Translations under genes and position numbers: made by a program
The notes under the pieces: generated by a model
The model's input: the letters and a program-made list of their open reading frames with translations, nothing else
Database searches by the model: none
Told to the model about the DNA's origin: nothing
NCBI GenBank assembly: GCA_964621945.1
Contig: CAZUOI010000001.1
Location: 1 to 31,246 of the forward strand
Source: an uncultured Candidatus Saccharibacteria bacterium
Lineage (GTDB): Bacteria; Patescibacteriota; Minisyncoccia; Portnoybacterales; UBA2143
Direction: 5' to 3'
DNA length: 31,246 nucleotides
Shown here: positions 25,419 to 31,246 of the stretch, in pieces
How positions within the stretch are numbered: the first letter of the stretch is position 1
How the letters are laid out: each line of letters begins with the position of its first letter

Positions 25419-27779
25419 ATGGGAGGAAACATTAAAAAAAATAATAAAAAAAGATATATCCTTCCTATTCTATTTGACATAAAACCTGTTAATATAGAGG
25501 GAAATTTTGATTTTGGAAAAATAAAAAAAATAAAACCAGTTTTAGATTTGAGAAGTATAAGCATTAAAAGAAAAGAAGCTTCTGAAGTCTTAACAAAAGA
25601 AAAAATATTAGAAGAGTTGGAAGAAATAGAAAAATCAGATATAAATTTACAAAAAACCAAATTTGTTTTAGAGCCAAAAAAAATAGTTAAAGAAAGCAAA
25701 CCTAAAATAGATCCAAATTTATTAGAAGAATTCTATTTTCCTGAAGTTGCCTCTAAAAAATATTTTAACGCGCCTAGGATAAAACAAAATAAAAAACATT
25801 CTTATTTTAAAAAAATACCAAAATCTTTAATTAGTTTTATTTTAATTGTTTTTCTGATCTCTTTAATTGTGCCTGGAGCTTCTTTAATTAGTCGAGGAAT
25901 GAATGTTAAAGATGATGTTTTAAGTAATAGCTTATTAGCTTATCAAAATTTGCTTACTGCTCAAGATTCATTAGAAAAAGCAGATTGGCAAGCAGCTGAA
26001 CAAAGTTTTGGTCTAGCACATTTAAACTTTATCAATGCCGGAGAAGAAGTAAAAAAAATGGGCAGTATTACTTTAAGTATTTTAGAAAATATTCCTGGCA
26101 ATTCATTAATTTCATCGGGAAGTCATTTAATTAAAGTTGGCGAGAATCTTGCTCAAGCAGGACAAACACTTGCTTCAGCTGTTAATTTATTCTCATTTAG
26201 TAATCTATTTAATGTAATTGATTTAGGTGATAATCAGAAAAGTAAACTAACTAATAATATTGTTTTAAGTCAGGCAAACTTAAAAGATGCTTTACAAAAT
26301 ATTAAAACAGCAGATCAGGAACTTGATGATGTTAAAATTAAGGCCTTGCCTTCTGATATGCAAGAAGGAATTACTTCTTTAAAAGAAAAATTGCCATTAG
26401 TTGAAGAAATGTTTAATCAAGCCTTAAATTATTCAAGCGCTTTATTGAGTATTTTGGGTCATGATAATTCACGTCAATATCTCTTAATATTTCAAAATAA
26501 TGGCGAAATTCGCGCTACAGGAGGATTTATAGGAACTTATGGTCTCTTAACTTTAAATCAAGGCACAATTAGTAATCTTTTTATTGATGGCATTTATAAT
26601 GCTGACGGTCAACTTCATGAAAAAATTATTCCACCGCGTCCAATTCAGAAAATCAGTACGGCTTGGTCAATGCATGACGCTAATTGGTTTGCTGACTTTC
26701 CAACTTCAGCGCAAAAAATTGAATGGTTTTACGAAAAAACAGGAGGTCCGACAGTAGATGGAGTTATCAGTATGACGCCAACTTTAATTGAACGGCTTTT
26801 AGAAATAACAGGTTCTATTTCTATGCCAGATTATGATATTGTTTTAGATAAAAATAATTTTATTGAGTTAATCCAGTATAAAGTAGAAGTTGATTATGAT
26901 AAAGAACTTAATCAGCCAAAGAAAATTTTAGCTGATTTTGCTCCAAAATTTATTAAAGCCTTAAGTTCGTTGTCTTTAGAAGATAAAAAGAAAGCAATTG
27001 CAATTATTCTTGACTGTATTGAAGAAAAACATATTTTAGCTTATTTTAATGATCCATCTCTTGAAAAATTATCTATTGATGAAGGTTGGTCTGGCAAGAT
27101 TCTGGACTCTGATAAAGATTATTTAAGTGTAGTTTCATCCAATATTAATGGATATAAAACGGACAAAGTGATTGAAGAGACAATAGATCATCAAGCAGAA
27201 ATTCAAGATGATGGTTCTATTATTAATACGCTAACAATCATGAGAGAGCATCAGGGGGGAGATTCTGAATATGATTGGTGGAATCGCGTTAATTCAAATT
27301 ATTTAAGAGTATATCTTCCTTTGGGAAGTGAATTAATTTCAGCTAATGGTCAAAGTGTAGAAATTTATCAGTCACCAATTGATTATCAAAAACATAATTT
27401 CAAAAGTGATCCATTAGTCGAGGCGATTGAAAGTGAAATGATTATTGATAAAAAAACAGGAACTCATATATTTGAAGAGAGTAATAAGACAGTATTTGGT
27501 AATTGGGCTTATGTTAGTCCCGGGGAAACGGTTATTTTAACTTATAGGTATAAACTGCCTTTTAAAATTGACTTGACTAAACCAACAGATAGTTATAGTT
27601 TATTAGTCCAAAAGCAATTAGGCAGTATTGAAAGTGACTTTAATCATAGATTGGAATATCCTGATGATTGGGAAATTTCTTGGAAATATCCTGATGATTT
27701 TAATTCAAATTCTGGCACCTTAAATATTGATAGCAATTTAAGAACTGATAAATTTTTAGGCGCAACTTTTGAATTTTAA
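25419..27779 (+). CDS. DUF4012 domain-containing single-pass membrane protein (start probably ATG 25419)
   Basis: YLLIFQNNGEIRATGGFIG, DANWFADFPTSA, VDGVIS, NINGYKTD, YSLLVQKQLG; one TM segment after a charged N-terminal tail. Confidence 0.85.
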   Translation: MGGNIKKNNKKRYILPILFDIKPVNIEGNFDFGKIKKIKPVLDLRSISIKRKEASEVLTKEKILEELEEIEKSDINLQKTKFVLEPKKIVKESKPKIDPNLLEEFYFPEVASKKYFNAPRIKQNKKHSYFKKIPKSLISFILIVFLISLIVPGASLISRGMNVKDDVLSNSLLAYQNLLTAQDSLEKADWQAAEQSFGLAHLNFINAGEEVKKMGSITLSILENIPGNSLISSGSHLIKVGENLAQAGQTLASAVNLFSFSNLFNVIDLGDNQKSKLTNNIVLSQANLKDALQNIKTADQELDDVKIKALPSDMQEGITSLKEKLPLVEEMFNQALNYSSALLSILGHDNSRQYLLIFQNNGEIRATGGFIGTYGLLTLNQGTISNLFIDGIYNADGQLHEKIIPPRPIQKISTAWSMHDANWFADFPTSAQKIEWFYEKTGGPTVDGVISMTPTLIERLLEITGSISMPDYDIVLDKNNFIELIQYKVEVDYDKELNQPKKILADFAPKFIKALSSLSLEDKKKAIAIILDCIEEKHILAYFNDPSLEKLSIDEGWSGKILDSDKDYLSVVSSNINGYKTDKVIEETIDHQAEIQDDGSIINTLTIMREHQGGDSEYDWWNRVNSNYLRVYLPLGSELISANGQSVEIYQSPIDYQKHNFKSDPLVEAIESEMIIDKKTGTHIFEESNKTVFGNWAYVSPGETVILTYRYKLPFKIDLTKPTDSYSLLVQKQLGSIESDFNHRLEYPDDWEISWKYPDDFNSNSGTLNIDSNLRTDKFLGATFEF

Positions 27780-27781
27780 AT

Positions 27782-29323
27782 ATGATTAAAAAATTTCTAA
27801 ATAACAAATCAAAAACTATTGCTTCGGCCGCTATCATTTTAGGAGCGGCTTCTTTAGTTAGCCGTTTGTTAGGACTTGTTCGTGATAGAATCTTAGCGGG
27901 TCAATTTGGAGCTGGAGATGAGCTTGATGTTTATTATGCAGCTTTTCGTATTCCCGATTTAGTTTATTCAATACTTGTTTTAGGAGCAATTACCGCAGGA
28001 TTTATCCCTGTTTTTATCGATTATCTTCAGAAAGATAAAAAAGATGCTTGGCATTTAGCTAATAGCATTCTTAATATAATCGGAACTTCTTTAATTATTG
28101 TTTGCTTTATTTTAATTATTTTTGCGCCTTGGTTAATCAAACTTATTGCTCCAGGCTTTTCTCCCGAAAAAATGGCTCTAACTGTTAAATTAGCTAGAGT
28201 TATGTTTCTTAGTTCATTCTTCTTAGGAATAAGTACTATTTTAGGCGGAATTCTTAGGAGCTTTAAACGTTTCCTTATTTATTCATTTGGACCCATTATA
28301 TACAATCTAGGAATTATTTTTGGCGCTCTGTTTCTAGTTGAAGACTATGGACTTCTAGGTTTGGCTTATGGTGTTGTTCTTGGATCTTTTTTCCATATGG
28401 CTATTCAAATTCCAACAGCTCTTTTTTGTGGATTTAAATGGGCGCCTGTTTTTGATTTTAAATTTAAAGGAGTACGTAGGATTTTCAAATTAATGCCGCC
28501 TCGTGTTTTAAATTTAACTCTTTTTCAACTTGATTATTTAGCCATGACAATAATTGCTTCTTTCTTAGCAGTTGGGAGTGTCACCATATATAATTTGGCT
28601 CACAATATCTGGAGTTTTCCATTGGGTGTTTTTGGTATTTCTTTTGTTTTAGCTGTTTTTCCAAAACTTTCAGAATCAGCTCAAAGAAAAGATGTTAATG
28701 GATTTGTTAAGGAGTTTTCTTTGGTGGCTCGTCAAATTCTCTTTTTTACTTTGCCATCAGCTATGTTATTCATTGTTTTACGCTCACAGATTGTTCAAGT
28801 TATTTTAGGCACAGGAAATTTTAATGCTCATGATGTAAGTTTGACATTAAAAACACTAGCTTATTTCTCTATATCTCTTTTTGCCGAAGCATTAATTCTA
28901 CTTTTTCTTCGTGGATTTTTTGCCTGGGAAGATGCTTGGCGTCCATTCTTAATTGGTTTTTTTGCAACACTTGTCCGTATATCTGCTGCTTGGTTTTTAT
29001 CTCGTTCTATGGGTGTGCCTGGCTTAGCTTTAGGATTTTCCTTGGGAGGAATTTTCTACATGATTATGCTTTTTGTTCTTCTTAGGAGAAAAATAGGATT
29101 TATTGATGGTAAAAGAATGTTTATTTCAGGAACTAAAATGGTTTTAGCTTCCTTATTAGCTGGTTTAGCCGCCTATATCATCCTGCAAATTTTAATGATT
29201 TCTAACATTTTAATCCAAGGATTATTAGCTGGAATAGTTGGTATCTTTATTTATTTATTTTTCACTTGGCTTTTCAAATTGTCAGAATTAAAGTTTTTTC
29301 TTAATTCTTTGTTTAAAAAATAA
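27782..29323 (+). CDS. murJ: MurJ/MviN family flippase
   Basis: SRLLGLVRD, FGAGDELDVYYAAFRIPD, FIPVF, many TM segments. Confidence 0.92.
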   Translation: MIKKFLNNKSKTIASAAIILGAASLVSRLLGLVRDRILAGQFGAGDELDVYYAAFRIPDLVYSILVLGAITAGFIPVFIDYLQKDKKDAWHLANSILNIIGTSLIIVCFILIIFAPWLIKLIAPGFSPEKMALTVKLARVMFLSSFFLGISTILGGILRSFKRFLIYSFGPIIYNLGIIFGALFLVEDYGLLGLAYGVVLGSFFHMAIQIPTALFCGFKWAPVFDFKFKGVRRIFKLMPPRVLNLTLFQLDYLAMTIIASFLAVGSVTIYNLAHNIWSFPLGVFGISFVLAVFPKLSESAQRKDVNGFVKEFSLVARQILFFTLPSAMLFIVLRSQIVQVILGTGNFNAHDVSLTLKTLAYFSISLFAEALILLFLRGFFAWEDAWRPFLIGFFATLVRISAAWFLSRSMGVPGLALGFSLGGIFYMIMLFVLLRRKIGFIDGKRMFISGTKMVLASLLAGLAAYIILQILMISNILIQGLLAGIVGIFIYLFFTWLFKLSELKFFLNSLFKK

Positions 29324-31098
29324 TGGATCAAAAAAACATACGTAATTTTTGCATAATCAGTCATGTCGATCACGGTAAGTCAACTTTAGCTGACCGCCTT
29401 TTAGAATTGACCAAAACAGTAGAAAAAAGAAAAATGAAAAAGCAGTTTTTGGATATGATGGATTTAGAAAGAGAAAAAGGAATTACTATAAAATTGCAAC
29501 CTGTCAGAATGGAGTATCAGGATTTCATTTTAAACCTAATTGATACGCCTGGTCATGTTGATTTTGCTTATGAAGTTTCGCGGAGTTTAGCAGCTGTTGA
29601 AGGCGCTATTTTAATGGTTGATGCTAGTCAAGGAGTTCAGGCTCAAACATTAGCTAATCTTCATTTTGCCGAAGAACAAAAATTAGTTATTATTCCTGTT
29701 TTAAATAAAATTGATTTGCCTAACGCTCAAGTTGAAGAAACAATTCAGGAAATGTGTCAGATGCTTCAAGTAGAAGAAGAGGAAATTATTAAAATTTCAG
29801 CTAAGCAGGGGACGAATATAGATAAAGTTTTAGAGGCGGTTATAGAGAAAATACCAGCGCCAAACGGTAAACCAGAAGATAAATTAAGAGCTTTGATCTT
29901 TGATTCTGATTATGATCCATATAAAGGAGTTATCGCTTACGTTAAAGTTGTTGATGGACAAGTTAAATCAAGAGATAAAACAATGATGTTTGCTTCAAAA
30001 GCTCAAGCTGAAGTTATTGAGACAGGCATATTTAAACCTAATCTTGTTAAAGCTGATTGTTTAAGCGCGGGAGAAATAGGATATATTGCGACTGGTCTTA
30101 AAAACTTAGAACAGTGTCAAGTTGGAGATACGATTACTTTAGCAGATTCAATAATCCAACCATTGTTGGGGTATAAGAAGATAAATTCAGTCGTTTTTGC
30201 AAGTTTTTATCCTGTTGAATCAAGTGATCACGATTTATTAAAGGAAAGTTTGGATAAATTAAAATTAAGCGATGCTTCTTTACGATATGAGCCAGAATCA
30301 TGCGAAGGACTAGGAAGAGGATTCCGTTGTGGATTTTTAGGAATGCTTCATTTAGAAATAATTTTAGAACGTTTAAAAAGAGAATATCAATTAAATTTAA
30401 TTGTGACATTGCCATCGGTTACTTATCAGATAATTGATAATGATAATAAGAAGATTATTATCTCTTCGCCAGAAGATATGCCTGAGATTAATAAGATTAA
30501 GAGTATTAAAGAGCCGTGGGTTTGTCTTGAAGTTATTACACCCAATCTTTATTTAGGCTCAATTATGAAGTTACTAGAAGGAATGAGATCAGAATATCAG
30601 GATACGCAATATTTAGGAACAGAAAGAGTCTTAGTTAAATACAATACAGCTCTAAGTGAAATTGTTGTTGATTTTTATGATAAATTGAAGAATATAACAT
30701 CTGGATATGCTTCAATGAATTATGAAATTATTGGTTATTATCCTGGAGATTTAATAAAGATGGATATTTTAATAGCTGGAGAAAAAAAAGAAGCATTCTC
30801 TAGAATTATTCATAAAGAAAATGCTTATCAGGAAGCAAGAGGTTTAGTTAAAAAATTAAAGCAAGCTATTCCTAAGCAACTTTTCGCTGTTTCTTTGCAA
30901 GCAATTATTGGAGGGAAAGTTATTGCTAGGGAAACTATTAGCGCTATGCGTAAAGATGTTACTGGTTATTTATATGGAGGAGATTATTCTCGTAAGAAAA
31001 AATTATTAGAAAAACAGAAAAAAGGCAAAAAGAAAATGAAAGCTATTGGTAAAATGAATATTCCTCAAGAAGTATTTTTAAAAGTTTTGAAAAAGTAA
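29323..31098 (+). CDS. lepA: Elongation factor 4
   Basis: IRNFCIISHVDHGKSTLADR, EREKGITIK, DTPGHVDF, GFRCGFLGMLH, RKDVT..LYGGDYSRKKKLLEKQKKGKKKM. Confidence 0.98.
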   Translation: MDQKNIRNFCIISHVDHGKSTLADRLLELTKTVEKRKMKKQFLDMMDLEREKGITIKLQPVRMEYQDFILNLIDTPGHVDFAYEVSRSLAAVEGAILMVDASQGVQAQTLANLHFAEEQKLVIIPVLNKIDLPNAQVEETIQEMCQMLQVEEEEIIKISAKQGTNIDKVLEAVIEKIPAPNGKPEDKLRALIFDSDYDPYKGVIAYVKVVDGQVKSRDKTMMFASKAQAEVIETGIFKPNLVKADCLSAGEIGYIATGLKNLEQCQVGDTITLADSIIQPLLGYKKINSVVFASFYPVESSDHDLLKESLDKLKLSDASLRYEPESCEGLGRGFRCGFLGMLHLEIILERLKREYQLNLIVTLPSVTYQIIDNDNKKIIISSPEDMPEINKIKSIKEPWVCLEVITPNLYLGSIMKLLEGMRSEYQDTQYLGTERVLVKYNTALSEIVVDFYDKLKNITSGYASMNYEIIGYYPGDLIKMDILIAGEKKEAFSRIIHKENAYQEARGLVKKLKQAIPKQLFAVSLQAIIGGKVIARETISAMRKDVTGYLYGGDYSRKKKLLEKQKKGKKKMKAIGKMNIPQEVFLKVLKK

Positions 31099-31112
31099 AG
31101 ACCATGCTAAAC

Positions 31113-31217
31113 TTAAAACATTGGAGTGAATAAGAAGCTAAGCATACTTAAAATAACCATACTGGCGAGAACAATCCAGACTAAATAAAATAACTTCTTT
31201 TTACTAGATGGTTTCAT
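31113..31217 (-). CDS. Small single-pass membrane protein (34 aa), absent from the ORF track
   Basis: MKPSSKKKLFYLVWIVLASMVILSMLSFLFTPMF*; basic N-terminus plus one TM; ATG overlaps the upstream TAA (TAATG). Confidence 0.6.
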   Translation of the reverse strand: MKPSSKKKLFYLVWIVLASMVILSMLSFLFTPMF

Positions 31218-31246
31218 TATGCTAATAATAACATAAATGGCTCAAA
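31217..31246 (-). CDS. C-terminal fragment of a gene entering from beyond the window
   Basis: Open minus-strand frame FEPFMLLLA* whose stop overlaps the small ORF start. Confidence 0.35.
   Translation of the reverse strand, partial: FEPFMLLLA

Noticed and set aside
9498-30415. Other short ORFs (9498..9770, 9897..10112, 14350..14655, 14910..15110, 19404..19847, 20838..21023, 23968..24210, 25403..25699, 30134..30415)
   Set aside because: All lie within or antisense to conserved housekeeping genes and have no family features.
1-31246. CRISPR array, IS/transposase, prophage genes, rRNA, riboswitch
   Set aside because: No regularly spaced repeats, no mobile-element or phage motifs and no recognisable aptamer; intergenic gaps are short and explained by promoters, terminators, tRNAs and rnpB.

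Overview
AT-rich bacterial chromosome segment. It is most likely Patescibacteria/Parcubacteria (CPR), which I infer from the compact overlapping genes, near-absence of Shine-Dalgarno sites, short PheT and the DUF4012-murJ-lepA block. Gene order: two minus-strand CAU tRNAs; a small membrane protein-pheT-gyrB unit, with a 169-aa endonuclease-less mini-intein in the GyrB Toprim motif; secE-nusG-rplK with no rplA; a two-gene insert (dCMP-deaminase-like gene with a triplicated N-terminal motif plus a 373-aa orphan) that differs in composition and translation signals; glyA-folD-gatB; convergent miaB-miaA; GT2-galT-like-dedA-tpiA-pgk-recJ-rnhA; RNase P RNA; a surface-glycan cluster (polyprenyl glycosylphosphotransferase, three GT4s), DUF4012 and murJ; lepA; and an unannotated 34-aa membrane ORF. 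No CRISPR, transposase, integrase or rRNA was seen. The best leads are the deaminase/orphan insert, the GyrB mini-intein, a possible LCP-like role for DUF4012 beside the glycan cluster, and reduced variants of core machinery (FolD, TRAM-less MiaB, non-canonical initiator tRNA, missing rplA). All family assignments are motif recognition by eye; no searches were run.
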